Shown: positions 1 through 10,838, counted from the first letter of the stretch. The stretch: 64,000 bases of DNA from Nitrospirota bacterium (GCA_963699545.1 CAVOUE010000006.1:256001-320000); one strand, 5' to 3'. The notes: generated by a model from the sequence alone, not told the origin. Program-made: numbers and translations.

Positions 1-1
1 T

Positions 2-121
2 CTTAACTGGCCCCTCCTGGAAATCTTCCACACCTCCGTCGCAGCCTATCTCTTCGTCATCTGGATTCTTTTTATCATTCTGATCGCCGTCGGCGCGCGC
101 AAGGAAAAGACCGATAGATGA
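2..121 (+). CDS. 3' end of small membrane protein upstream of the SSF-histidine kinase (CbrX-like position), partial
   Basis: Open frame LNWPLLEIFHTSVAAYLFVIWILFIILIAVGARKEKTDR* read by eye; hydrophobic; ends 21 nt before the kinase ATG. Confidence 0.6.
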   Translation, partial: LNWPLLEIFHTSVAAYLFVIWILFIILIAVGARKEKTDR

Positions 122-142
122 GCCTCACGAAGAACTATAGGG

Positions 143-3101
143 ATGTTTGCACCATATAATCTTTTTGTCATTGTTTTAGGGTATCTCTTTCTCCTTTTTG
201 CCGTTGCGTACTATGCGGAGAAAAAGGAAAAAAGAGGCAAGAGCATTGTCAACAACCCGTACATCTACTCTCTCTCCATGGCTGTGTATTGCACTTCATG
301 GACCTTTTACGGGAGCGTGGGGAAGGCGGCGACATCAGGGTTATCCTTCCTCCCCATATACCTTGGGCCGACCCTCATGGCGGCCCTGTGGCTGGTCGTG
401 CTCAGAAAGGTTGTGAGACTGGCAAAGGCCAACAGGATCACTTCATTATCCGACTTCATCGGCTCACGGTACGGCAAATCCCTCTCCCTCTCTTCCCTTG
501 TCACTATTATCGCGGTCATCGGCATCACGCCCTACATCGGACTGCAGATCAAGGCGATCATCACCACGTTCACCATCATATCGGGTGAGACTACGGGGAG
601 CGCGGCCGCCGGCCTCTTTATCACCTTTATCCTCGGCATCTTCGCCATCATCTTCGGCGCCAGGAGCCTCGACGCGTCCGAGCGCCACGGAGGGCTCGTC
701 TTTGCCATCGCCTTCGAGTCCATTGTGAAGCTCGTGGCCTTCACTTTTGTGGGGATCTTTGTAACGTACAACCTTTTCAACGGCTTCGGTGACATCCTTG
801 ACAGGATCAAGGATTCTGAACACTCTGTCCTGCTCTTCCTCGGGACAGGGACTGGAACGGAGTACCCGGAATGGATATCCCTCCTCTTCCTTTCCATGAT
901 GGCCATAATGTTCCTGCCGAGGCAGTTTCAGATGGCGGTGGTCGAAAACTATGATGAACGCCACATCACCAAGGCGGCCTGGCTCTTTCCCCTCTATCTC
1001 TTCCTCATAAATATCTTTGTGCTCCCCATAGCCTTCGGCGGCCTCCTCCTGGGAGGCACCGCCAAGATGGCGGACTACTTTGTCCTCACCATGCCCCTGA
1101 ACCACGGGAACCGATACCTTTCTCTTTTCGCGTTTATCGGCGGTTTTTCCGCTGCGACGGGAATGGTCATTGTGGAGACGCTGGCGCTGGGCACCATGGT
1201 CATGAACAGCATCATCATGCCCGCTCTCATCAATTTCCATGACGCGCCCAGGTTCCCCGCAGTTGTTCTGAACATCAAGAGGCTTGTCATCCTCGGCATC
1301 GTTTACCTCGGGTACCTTTTCGCCATGTCTATCGCCGAGTTTTACAGCCTTGTGGATATCGGCCTGAAATCCTTCGAGGCGGTGAGCATCTTTGCCCCTG
1401 CCTTCTTCCTCGGCCTGTACTGGAAGAGAGGAACAAAGGCAGGGGCAGCAGCAGGGCTCCTCGCGGGGTTCATCGTCTGGTTCTATACCCTCATCGTCCC
1501 GGCGCTGATCAGGGCGGGCATCGTAAAAGAGATAGGATTTGTAGGGGCCCTGATGAATTCGGAGATACTGAACCCCAACAACCTCTTCGGGATCAAGGCC
1601 CTCGGCAAGTGGGGGAATTCCCTTTTCTGGGGCATGCTCTTTAATCTCGTCGCCTATGTGGGGGTCTCGGTATTCACACGACAGTCAAAGGAGGAAGAGA
1701 TCCAGTCCCTCATCTTCGTGGAGTCTTACGAGAGGGTCAAGGAACTTGCCCACGGGAGTTCTTACACGGTGAGGGACATCGAAGATATTCTCGCCCAGTA
1801 TATAGGCCGGGCAGAGGCGAAGGACATCATCCAGAGCTACCTTTCGAGAAAGAACAAGAGGGGGGACGAACTCACCTCACAGGAACTCTTTGAACTCCGT
1901 GATGAGGCGGAGAAAAACCTTTCCGGCGCTATCGGCTCCTCCATGGCCGCCATCATCTTTGAAGACAAACTCGTGCTGACAGAGAAAGAAAGAGGTGAAC
2001 TTTCCGAATCCATACGGAATATTACAGAGAGCCTGAGGTTCTCCCGCCAGGAACTTGCAGAGGCGAACAGAAATCTGGCGTATCTGAAAGAGTTCAGTGA
2101 AAACATCATAGAGAGCGCTCCTGCAGGTATTGTGACCATTGATGCTTCCCTTCTGGTGAAGTACTGGAACGGGGAAATGGAAACAGTGACAGGGATAAAA
2201 AAATCCGAGGCATCCAACAGGCCCATCGTCCGTCTGCTCCCTTGGATAACAAGGGAAACCCTCATGCAAAGCGAGCAAAGAGAGATGACGGTCCAGACCC
2301 CCTCCCTTCAGTCGTTCAAGATCAACATCAGTCCCTTCAAAGATCCTTCAGGCGGTTACGTGGTCATTTTGGAGGATATCACTGAGAAAAAGAAGATGGA
2401 GGAAAAACTCCTTCAGACCTCAAAACTTGCAAGTATCGGGAAGCTCACCGCAGGCATCTCCCATGAAATCGGCAATCCTCTTGCCTCCATATCCTCCCTC
2501 GTCCAGGAGATGAGATCCCTGGAACTGATGTCCGGGAATAATGTGGAGTTCACAATGGATGCCCTGAAGACAATCAACAGCCATCTTGAGAGGATCGCCA
2601 AGATCGTGAGAAGCCTCGGCGATTTTGCGCGGATATCATCCGCGGAGAAGACCGTTTCGAATATCTCGGACATCCTGGACCGCACCATCAACCTGGTGAA
2701 ATACGACAAGAGGTTCAAGCATATCAGGCTCGAAACGGATATTGGAGATATCCCGCCACTGAAGGTCAACCCCGACAAGATGCAGCAGGTCTTCCTTAAT
2801 CTCATTCTCAATGCCCTGGATGCGATGCCCGACGGGGGAAGTTCTCCATATCTCTATGGAACGGAGAGATTCCACGGTGGAGGTGGCCTTCAGCGATTCA
2901 GGCGCCGGCATTGATGAATCGGTGCAGGACAGGGTATTCGATCCGTTCTTTACCACCAAAACCCCGGGCAAGGGCACGGGATTAGGCCTCAGTATCTGTT
3001 ATGGTATAATCAGGGAACACAACGGGATCATTACCGTTAGAAGCAGAAAAGGAGAGGGGACAACATTTCTGATAAAACTCCCTGTAGAAAATAATGAATG
3101 A
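143..3101 (+). CDS. Sodium:solute symporter-PAS-histidine kinase fusion (CbrA/CrbS-like), frameshift near 2838
   Basis: N-terminal SSF (YCTSWTFYGSVG, ~13 TM), PAS region, HisKA H-box (SHEIGNPL), N-box (QQVFLNLILNA); G-boxes (DSGAGI, FFTTK..GKGTGLGL) continue in ORF 2811..3101. Confidence 0.9.
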
Positions 3102-4269
3102 ACGGCTGCTCATAGTGGAGGATGAGGAGACCCTGTGCGAGTCCCTGAAAAGGGTTCTCGTGCGGGAGGGTTACGTAGTGGATACCTTTAACAGCGCGGA
3201 GGCCGCCCTGGACATCTTCGAAGAGAGCTTCTACGACATCATCATCACCGACATCATCCTCCCGGGGATTACCGGAATAGAACTCCTGAAGAGGATAAAA
3301 GAACGCCTCCCCGAACAGATCGTGATCATCATGACAGCCTATGCCTCCCTTGAAACCGCAGTGGAGGCCCTCAGGACGGGCGCCTATGACTATGTGGTAA
3401 AGCCTGTAATGCACGAAGAAATAAAACAGATCGTCAAGAACGCCCTGAAGCAGGGCGCCCTCCAGGAGGAAAATGTCCTCCTGAGAGGCCAGATAGAGCG
3501 GGACTATGATTTCACACGGGTAATCGGAGAGAGTCCCGCAATGCAGAAGATCATGAGCGAGGTGAAAAGGGCTGCAGATGCGCGGGATAATGTTTTGCTT
3601 CTCGGGGAGTTAGGCACGGGGAAAGAACTCATCGCAAGGGCGATCCATTTTGGCGGTAACAGGGCCGGCAGTCCGTTCATCCCGGTAAACCTCAGCGCTA
3701 TTCCCGAAGACCTGCTGGAATCGAGGCTCTTCGGACACGTGAAGGGTGTTCTCCCCGATGCAGCAACTTCAAAAAAAGGACTATTTGAGGAGGCGAACGG
3801 GGGCACTATATTCCTTCGGGAAGTTGGGGTGCTGAGCCCTGCGCTACAGGCAAGGCTTGCCGAAGTTCTTGCGGAGCAGCACATACGGCCCGTGGGCGGG
3901 ACACAGGGGATGAAGGTCGATATCAGGTTCATTTCCGCAACGAACAGGGACATCGCCGGGGCGGTGAGGAGCGGCAGCTTCAGGGAGGATCTCTTTGCGA
4001 GAATAAACGGCACTTCCATACCCCTCCCTCCTCTCAGGGACCGGAGGGAAGATATAGAATCGCTTGCAGGGCATTTCATCAAGAAATACTCCGTAGCGTT
4101 CTGCAAGCCCGTGAAGGGCCTGGACAACGAAGCCTTGGCGCTCCTCCGCGGCTATCACTGGCCAGGGAACGTGAAGGAACTCCGGAACATTATTGAGCGG
4201 GCGGTTCTCGTAACGGACGATGGTGTCGTCAGAAGGAAACATCTGCCTGATCTCTCCCCTTCCCGGTAA
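3094..4269 (+). CDS. Degenerate sigma-54-type response regulator (REC + AAA+, no HTH)
   Basis: REC domain; Walker A GELGTGKE; GAFTGA replaced by GVLPDA; Walker B FLDEI replaced by FLREV; ends after AAA+ domain. Confidence 0.85.
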   Translation: MNERLLIVEDEETLCESLKRVLVREGYVVDTFNSAEAALDIFEESFYDIIITDIILPGITGIELLKRIKERLPEQIVIIMTAYASLETAVEALRTGAYDYVVKPVMHEEIKQIVKNALKQGALQEENVLLRGQIERDYDFTRVIGESPAMQKIMSEVKRAADARDNVLLLGELGTGKELIARAIHFGGNRAGSPFIPVNLSAIPEDLLESRLFGHVKGVLPDAATSKKGLFEEANGGTIFLREVGVLSPALQARLAEVLAEQHIRPVGGTQGMKVDIRFISATNRDIAGAVRSGSFREDLFARINGTSIPLPPLRDRREDIESLAGHFIKKYSVAFCKPVKGLDNEALALLRGYHWPGNVKELRNIIERAVLVTDDGVVRRKHLPDLSPSR

Positions 4270-4283
4270 ACAAAGCAAGAGAT

Positions 4284-6179
4284 ATGATTCTTGAAGATGT
4301 AATAAGTTTCCTGAAGAAAGAGCCTCCTTTCCAGTTTCTCGACGATGCCACACTGAAGTCTGTCGCAAAAAGCCTGTCCATGGAGTTCTATCCAAAAGGC
4401 ACGGTTATCCTGAAACAGGATGGTCCTCCAAGCGATTCCCTGAGAATTATCAAGAAGGGGGCGGTAAAGCTTCTCATGAGGTCAGAAGATGGAGACGATG
4501 TGCCCCTCGATTACCGGGGTGAAGGGGATTACTTCGGTTTCCTGTCCATGATCGGCGAGAGCCGGCAGAAGACGACCGCCCTTGCGGTGGATGACACCAT
4601 CTGTTACATTCTCAAAAAAGAGCGGGTCCTGAAGCTCATCGAGGCGAACCCTTCATTTTCAGAGTATTTTATGTCCTACCTTTCTCGGTTTATGGACAAG
4701 ACGTACGATGAGATGCACAGCAAGAGCCTCTTCTTCGCAGGCAGCGACCGGTACTTGTTCACCGCCAAGGCGGGCGATGTGGCCACAGAGGCTCACACAG
4801 TGGGAGAGGATGCGACGATACAGGAGGCAGCACAGCTGATGGCAAAGGATAAGATCAGCTCTTTAATAGTGCTCGATAAAAGGAACCTCCCTGCCGGCAT
4901 TGTGACGGACAAAGACCTGAGGGAGAAGGTGGTGGCAAAGGGGCGCAGCGTATCCGAGCCGGTAAAGAATATCATGACCATTTCCCTCATAAGGGTTGAT
5001 GCAGGGGACTCCTGCTTTGAAGCGGTGATGAAGATGATAAAGTACAACATCCACCATATGCTCGTCATAGAGGACGGCACCATGAAGGGAATGATGACCA
5101 ATCACGACCTGATGCTCCTCCAGGGCACGTCTCCTCTGTCCTTTGCTCATGACATAGAGAACCAGCAGACTATGGAGGGGCTTGTTCCCGTGTCAAAGAA
5201 AATAAATAATATCATCGGATTACTTCTCAGGGAGGGTGCAAGGGCGAGTAATATCACCAAGGCCATTACCGAGATCAACGACAGACTCATGAAAAAGATT
5301 CTTGAAATCGGGGAAAGGGTATGCGGACATCCGCCTGTTCCCTATTGCTGGATTGTGTTTGGAAGCGAAGGCAGGAAGGAACAGACCTTCAAGACTGACC
5401 AGGATAATGCAATCATTTATGCGGACCCGTCAACACCCGAAGAGGAAGAGGAGATCAGGAGGTACTTTTCGGCCTTCACCTCTTTTGTAAAGGACGGCCT
5501 CGCCGAGATCGGGTTCCCGCCCTGTCCTGCAGGATATATGGCGAGTAATCCACTGTGGTGCCAGCCTCTCAGGACGTGGAAAAGATATTTCTCCAACTGG
5601 ATCAATGAACCGATCCCGGATGCGGTGCTGAAGGCATTGATATTTTTTGACTTTAGACCTATCCATGGCAAATTCAGTCTCGCGGATGCATTGAAGGACT
5701 CCTTTTTATCGGGATTGCCAAACCAGGGAATCTTCCTCGGCCATATGGCGAACATCATCATAAAGAATACCCCGCCCATCGGGTTTCTCAAGTCATTTGT
5801 GGTGGAAAAAAGCGGTGAACATAAGGACGAACTTAACCTGAAAATAAAGGGGATCGCCCCGCTGGTGGACGTGGTGAGATTCTTTGCACTTGAAAGGGGA
5901 GTAAAGGAGACCTCCACCCTTGGAAGGATCCATGCATTGAAAGAGAGACATGCCATAGTGAAAGAGTACGCTGATGATATCGGGCATGCCCTTGAGTTCA
6001 TCATGCTCGTGAGGATTCAGCACCAGTATGAGCAGATAAAGGCAGGAAAGAAGCCTGATAATTTCATTAACCCTCATAATCTCAGCAACCTCGAAAAAAA
6101 GACAATACGGGAGGCCTTTCATCTCATCTCCAGGCTTCAGGGCATGATAGTGGAACGCTTTAAACCATTTATTAAGTAA
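4284..6179 (+). CDS. cNMP-binding/CBS-pair/DUF294 putative nucleotidyltransferase, copy 1
   Basis: cNMP domain (GEGDYFG), CBS pair (GIVTDKDLR), Pol-beta-like motif GSEGRKEQTFKTDQDNAII, DUF294_C-like C-terminus. Confidence 0.9.
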   Translation: MILEDVISFLKKEPPFQFLDDATLKSVAKSLSMEFYPKGTVILKQDGPPSDSLRIIKKGAVKLLMRSEDGDDVPLDYRGEGDYFGFLSMIGESRQKTTALAVDDTICYILKKERVLKLIEANPSFSEYFMSYLSRFMDKTYDEMHSKSLFFAGSDRYLFTAKAGDVATEAHTVGEDATIQEAAQLMAKDKISSLIVLDKRNLPAGIVTDKDLREKVVAKGRSVSEPVKNIMTISLIRVDAGDSCFEAVMKMIKYNIHHMLVIEDGTMKGMMTNHDLMLLQGTSPLSFAHDIENQQTMEGLVPVSKKINNIIGLLLREGARASNITKAITEINDRLMKKILEIGERVCGHPPVPYCWIVFGSEGRKEQTFKTDQDNAIIYADPSTPEEEEEIRRYFSAFTSFVKDGLAEIGFPPCPAGYMASNPLWCQPLRTWKRYFSNWINEPIPDAVLKALIFFDFRPIHGKFSLADALKDSFLSGLPNQGIFLGHMANIIIKNTPPIGFLKSFVVEKSGEHKDELNLKIKGIAPLVDVVRFFALERGVKETSTLGRIHALKERHAIVKEYADDIGHALEFIMLVRIQHQYEQIKAGKKPDNFINPHNLSNLEKKTIREAFHLISRLQGMIVERFKPFIK

Positions 6180-7526
6180 ATGAACGAACGACTTCTCATA
6201 GTGGAAGACGAAGAGACCTTGTGCGAATCCCTGAAAAGGGTGCTCGCAAGGGAAGGATATGAGGTGGATGCGGTCAAGAACGCAGAGGATGCGCTCGGCA
6301 GGACGGAGGAGGTAGTATACGACCTCATCATCACCGACATCCTTCTTCCGGGAATCGACGGCATCGAACTGCTCAGGAGGATACGGGTCAAAGCACCCGA
6401 CCAGATCGTGATCATCGTCACTGCGTACGCATCCATAGAAACCGCGGTGGGGGCCCTCAGGGCGGGCGCTTATGACTACGTAATAAAACCGATCATCCAT
6501 GAGGAAATAAGGCGCATCGTGAAAAATGCCCTGAGGGAAAGGTCTCTCGTGGCCGAAAACGTCATCCTCAGGAAACAGATAGAGGAGAAGTATGATTTTG
6601 AGAAGATGGTGGGTGAAAGCAAAGAGATCACCTCCCTGATCAGCGAAGTGAAAAAGATCGCAAATTCCAGGAGCAACGTCCTCCTCCTGGGAGAGACCGG
6701 CACGGGCAAAGAGCTGGTTGCAAGGGCTGTCCACTACAACAGCGCGCGGCTCGACAAACCCTTTGTTCCCATCAACTGCAGCGCGATCCCAGAAAACCTC
6801 CTTGAATCCGAGCTCTTCGGGTATGTGAAGGGCGCCTTTACCGGTGCCGCAGGCTCCAAGAGAGGGCTTTTTGAGGAGGCTAACGGCGGTACCGTTTTCC
6901 TTGACGAGATAGGAGAACTGAGCCAGCAACTCCAGGCAAAACTGCTCAGGGTGATCGATGACCACGAGGTGAGGCCTCTGGGCGGCGTCCAGTCCAGGAC
7001 CGTTGATGTAAGGTTCATTGCTGCGACGAATAGGGATATCGTAAAGGCGGTACAGGAAGGGATCTTCAGGGAGGACCTCTATTACAGGATAAATGTGGTG
7101 ACCATAACATTGCCTCCCCTGAGGGATCGGAAGGAGGATATACCCATCCTCGCAAGACATTTCCTGAAAAAATACTCCCAGGAGATAGGGAAGCCGGTCC
7201 AGTTCATTGACGACGCGGCGCTAAGACTTCTGATGAATTACAGTTGGCCGGGGAATGTGCGGGAACTGCACAATATTATCGAAAGAGCGGTGCTCATAAC
7301 CGACGGCAATACCGTCTTCCCCGAGCACCTGCCCGAGATGCTGAAGATCACCAACTCCTTCCTCTCAGAGGCGTTTAACAACATCCTCTCCATAGAAAAT
7401 TACACAAAGGAGTTTATCCTGAGGTACCAGTCCAGTTATCCCGAGCAGAAACTTGCGGACATGCTGGGGATCACAAGGAAATCCTTGTGGGAAAAAAGGA
7501 AAAGATGGCAAATTTCAAAGAAATAA
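6180..7526 (+). CDS. Sigma-54-dependent response regulator (NtrC/AtoC family)
   Basis: REC; GETGTGKE; GAFTGA; FLDEIGE; WPGNVREL; C-terminal HTH (LADMLGITRKSLWEK). Confidence 0.93.
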   Translation: MNERLLIVEDEETLCESLKRVLAREGYEVDAVKNAEDALGRTEEVVYDLIITDILLPGIDGIELLRRIRVKAPDQIVIIVTAYASIETAVGALRAGAYDYVIKPIIHEEIRRIVKNALRERSLVAENVILRKQIEEKYDFEKMVGESKEITSLISEVKKIANSRSNVLLLGETGTGKELVARAVHYNSARLDKPFVPINCSAIPENLLESELFGYVKGAFTGAAGSKRGLFEEANGGTVFLDEIGELSQQLQAKLLRVIDDHEVRPLGGVQSRTVDVRFIAATNRDIVKAVQEGIFREDLYYRINVVTITLPPLRDRKEDIPILARHFLKKYSQEIGKPVQFIDDAALRLLMNYSWPGNVRELHNIIERAVLITDGNTVFPEHLPEMLKITNSFLSEAFNNILSIENYTKEFILRYQSSYPEQKLADMLGITRKSLWEKRKRWQISKK

Positions 7527-7562
7527 ATGACCGTTACTTATATTCCCGTTTAGATCACTTAT

Positions 7563-7579
7563 TGTTACTATTGGTGACA
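7563..7579 (+). promoter_or_regulatory. Candidate enhancer (UAS) palindrome TGTTAC-N5-GTGACA; related half-sites at ~7533 and ~7630
   Basis: Near-perfect inverted repeat ~180 bp upstream of a sigma-54 promoter; GTTAC recurs three times in this AT-rich intergenic region. Confidence 0.5.
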
Positions 7580-7753
7580 TACATTAACTTAAAGAAAAAT
7601 ATGCACCTTTTCCATACCAGAAAAACTAATGTTACTTTTTGTGTCGTTAGTTTTCTTGCCCTAAAACTAAGGCTTCAGGCAAGCCTCCACAGGGATCCTC
7701 CTAAACCGTTTATTTTCATGATGTTCACCGGAAAGACAATATTGAAGGAATAA

Positions 7754-7769
7754 AGGCACATTCCTTGCA
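7754..7769 (+). promoter_or_regulatory. Sigma-54 (-24/-12) promoter
   Basis: AGGCACATTCCTTGCA matches TGGCAC-N5-TTGC with exact GG-N10-GC spacing, ~43 nt before ATG 7812. Confidence 0.8.
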
Positions 7770-7811
7770 ATGTACCCTGCCGTAACCTATGGCAAAAAGT
7801 CAATAGAACAT

Positions 7812-9746
7812 ATGGTAACAAAAGAGAAAAATAGCGCAAAGCGCACGAATGTTCAGGATGTCATCGGGTTCCTGAGGGGTGTTTCGCCCTTTCAGGACCT
7901 TGATGAGCCCACCTTGAGAGAACTTGCAGAGGGTGTCTCGATGGAATTCTATCCAAAAGGCTCAACCATTCTCCAGCAGGAAGGCCCCGCCAGCGAGTAC
8001 CTACGGATCGTCAAAAAGGGCTCTGTGAGGGTCTTCATGAAGTCCGGCAAGGACGATGAGCTGGCCATCGATACCAGGGGAGAGGGAGAGAGTTTCGGAT
8101 TCATTTCCCTGGTGAGCGGGGACAAGTCGAGGGCCAATGTAGTGGCCGTGGAGGATACCACCTGTTACCTCATCGGAAAAGTGGCCGTTGTAAAGCTGCT
8201 TGAGACATACCCTGCCTTTGCGGAATACTTCCTCGTATCCTACCTCAATAAGTATATCGACAGGACATATAAGGAAATGCACAAGAGAAGCCTGCTTTAC
8301 GGCGGAGGGGACAGGCTCCTCTTCACCACACCCGTGGGCGACCTCATCACGAAAGAGGTGATCACCGCGTCCCAGGACACGTCCATAAGAGATTCGGCAG
8401 AGATGATGTCTCAGAACGGGATAAGCTCGCTGGTGATCCTGGATGCCGATGGAATACCCGCAGGCGTCGTCACCGACAGGGACCTCAGAGACAAGGTGGT
8501 GTCCAAGGCAAGGAGTGTGCAGGATCCCGTAAAGGACATCATGAGCATCTCCCTCGTAAAGACGGATGCAAAGGATTACTGCTTCGAGGCCATCCTTAAC
8601 ATGATCCGCTACAATATCCACCACCTCCTCGTGATCGACAACGGAAAACTGAAGGGCGTGATCACCAACCATGACCTGATGATGCTCCAGGGCACGTCTC
8701 CCATCTCCATAGCAAGGGAGATAGAGAACCAGCAGTCCATAGAAGGCCTCGTGCCCGCATCGAAGAAGATCAATAAAGTCGTGGAACTGCTCATAAAAGA
8801 AGGGGCAAAGGCGAGCAACATCACGAGGATCATCACCGAGATCAATGACCGCCTCCTCCGGAAGATACTGGAGATCACCGAAAAGAAGCTCGGACGGCCT
8901 CCGCTGAAGTACTGCTGGATCGTGTTTGGGAGCGAGGGGAGAAAGGAACAGACCTTCAGGACCGACCAGGATAACGCCATCATATATGAGGATCCGCGAA
9001 CCCCTGCAAAGGGAGAGGAGGCAAAGACCTACTTTTCGGCATTCACTCTGCTGGTCAGGGATAGCTTGCTGAGATGCGGCTTCCCCCCCTGCCCTGCTGA
9101 TTACATGGCGAGCAACCCAAGGTGGTGCCAGCCCCTTCAGGTGTGGAAAAAATATTTCGCGGGATGGATCAACGAACCGACATCCGACGCAGTTCTGAAG
9201 TCCTTGATATTCTTCGATTTCAGGCCTATCCATGGGGAGATCGGCCTTGCGGAAGGACTGAGGGACTCTCTCACCTCCATGCTGGAGGGACAGATGCTGT
9301 TCCTCGGCTACATGGCAAATACCATCATCAATAACATGCCTCCCCTCAGCTTTTTTAAATCGTTCGTCGTCGAAAAAGGCGGCGAACACAAGGACGAATT
9401 CGACCTTAAGGTCAAGGGTATCGCCCCCCTGGTTGACGCGGTGCGGCTGTTTGCCCTGGAAAGAGGCGTACGGGAGACCTCAACCCTCGAAAGGATTACC
9501 GCACTGAGAGAGAGACACACCATCGTAAAGGAGTATGCGGATGAACTGGAGCATGCCTTTGAGTTCATCATGCTTCTCCGGATCCACCACCAGATCGAGC
9601 AGATAGAAGCGGGAAAGAAGCCTGACAACTTCATAAACCCGAACAAACTCAGCAACCTCGAAAAGAGAATGATAAAAGAAGAGTTCCATCTCATATCGAG
9701 GATGCAGGGGCTTATTATTGAACGTTATAAACCCATGATATGGTGA
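7812..9746 (+). CDS. cNMP-binding/CBS-pair/DUF294 putative nucleotidyltransferase, copy 2
   Basis: Paralog of 4284..6179; GSEGRKEQTFRTDQDNAII; start placed at ATG 7812 downstream of the sigma-54 promoter. Confidence 0.9.
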   Translation: MVTKEKNSAKRTNVQDVIGFLRGVSPFQDLDEPTLRELAEGVSMEFYPKGSTILQQEGPASEYLRIVKKGSVRVFMKSGKDDELAIDTRGEGESFGFISLVSGDKSRANVVAVEDTTCYLIGKVAVVKLLETYPAFAEYFLVSYLNKYIDRTYKEMHKRSLLYGGGDRLLFTTPVGDLITKEVITASQDTSIRDSAEMMSQNGISSLVILDADGIPAGVVTDRDLRDKVVSKARSVQDPVKDIMSISLVKTDAKDYCFEAILNMIRYNIHHLLVIDNGKLKGVITNHDLMMLQGTSPISIAREIENQQSIEGLVPASKKINKVVELLIKEGAKASNITRIITEINDRLLRKILEITEKKLGRPPLKYCWIVFGSEGRKEQTFRTDQDNAIIYEDPRTPAKGEEAKTYFSAFTLLVRDSLLRCGFPPCPADYMASNPRWCQPLQVWKKYFAGWINEPTSDAVLKSLIFFDFRPIHGEIGLAEGLRDSLTSMLEGQMLFLGYMANTIINNMPPLSFFKSFVVEKGGEHKDEFDLKVKGIAPLVDAVRLFALERGVRETSTLERITALRERHTIVKEYADELEHAFEFIMLLRIHHQIEQIEAGKKPDNFINPNKLSNLEKRMIKEEFHLISRMQGLIIERYKPMIW

Positions 9747-10456
9747 GGTGCGACCTGGGATTTCTGAACTTCAGGAGGGCAAAACGCGTGGAAATGGATG
9801 AGACCCTTTCCATCAGGGAGACGAGATACGTGGTCATCGACACGGAACTCACCGGCCTTGATGAGAGAAAGGACTCCATCGTTTCCATTGCTGCCATAAG
9901 AATGGTTGGGGGCAGAATAGATCTCGAAGATACCTTTTACCGGCTGGTAAATCCTGAGACCGAGCTGACAGCAGAGAGCGTGATCATCCACGGGATCACC
10001 CCTTCCGAGGTGGTAACAAAACCCGGGATCGAAAAAGCGCTTTCGGAGTTTCTCCAGTTCTGCAGAAAAGACGTTGTGGTCGGCCACTGCGTATCCATTG
10101 ACCTGAGTTTCATCAACAGGGAGATGAAGAGGATGCTCGGATATACAATGAAGAACCATGCCATTGATACCTCTGCCATATACGAATGGATACAAAAGAA
10201 GTTTTCATCCCGGAGAGCCTTTCCTCACTCATTTACTGATTCGGGGCTCTATGACATCGCGCAATTCTTTGGAATCCCTGTAAACGGAGCACACAACGCG
10301 GTAATGGACGCCTTTATTACTGCACAGGTCTTTCAACGGTTCATCCCTATGCTCATTGACGGGGGGATCAAAAACATAGGGGATTTGTTGAGTGTCGGCA
10401 ACCCATCAAAAGGAGGTGATAGGTCCGGAGCTACACGGGAGATGTACGGTCTTTAA
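9740..10456 (+). CDS. DEDDh 3'-5' exonuclease (DnaQ/epsilon-like)
   Basis: ExoI VIDTELTG, ExoII GH..SID, ExoIII HNAVMDA. Confidence 0.88.
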   Translation: MVRCDLGFLNFRRAKRVEMDETLSIRETRYVVIDTELTGLDERKDSIVSIAAIRMVGGRIDLEDTFYRLVNPETELTAESVIIHGITPSEVVTKPGIEKALSEFLQFCRKDVVVGHCVSIDLSFINREMKRMLGYTMKNHAIDTSAIYEWIQKKFSSRRAFPHSFTDSGLYDIAQFFGIPVNGAHNAVMDAFITAQVFQRFIPMLIDGGIKNIGDLLSVGNPSKGGDRSGATREMYGL

Positions 10457-10509
10457 CGCATTACAGCCCGTTTTACCGGGCTGAAACCCTAATAGTAGGA
10501 GGTAAGAGA

Positions 10510-10836
10510 ATGAGCAGTGCAAGCATCAAGAAAAGTGCAGTTGAAATCCTTGAAGATGAGGATTTCAAATCGTTGCACAGTCAGAAGAATACCATCTCGG
10601 TTATTCTGACGATCCTGGAGCTGGTTCTCTATTTCGGGTTCATCGCCCTCATCGCCTTTAACAAGCCCTTCCTGGCCCAGAAACTGAACCCCGATGGCGC
10701 CACGACAATAGGCATACCGATAGCGGTGGGCACCATTCTCCTTTCATGGGTATTCACCGCTATCTACATCTTCTGGGCGAATACCAAGTATGACGTGCTG
10801 GTCAAAAAAGTCAAAGACAAACTAATAGGAGGTTAA
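10510..10836 (+). CDS. DUF485 (YjcH-like) small membrane protein
   Basis: Two TM helices, [10 protein letters not shown] motif, directly upstream of actP; RBS AGGAGG. Confidence 0.85.
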   Translation: MSSASIKKSAVEILEDEDFKSLHSQKNTISVILTILELVLYFGFIALIAFNKPFLAQKLNPDGATTIGIPIAVGTILLSWVFTAIYIFWANTKYDVLVKKVKDKLIGG

Positions 10837-10838
10837 CG

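Noticed and set aside
5793-9389. Long minus-strand ORFs 5793..7160 and 8001..9389
   Set aside because: Antisense shadows of well-supported plus-strand genes, with no recognisable motifs.
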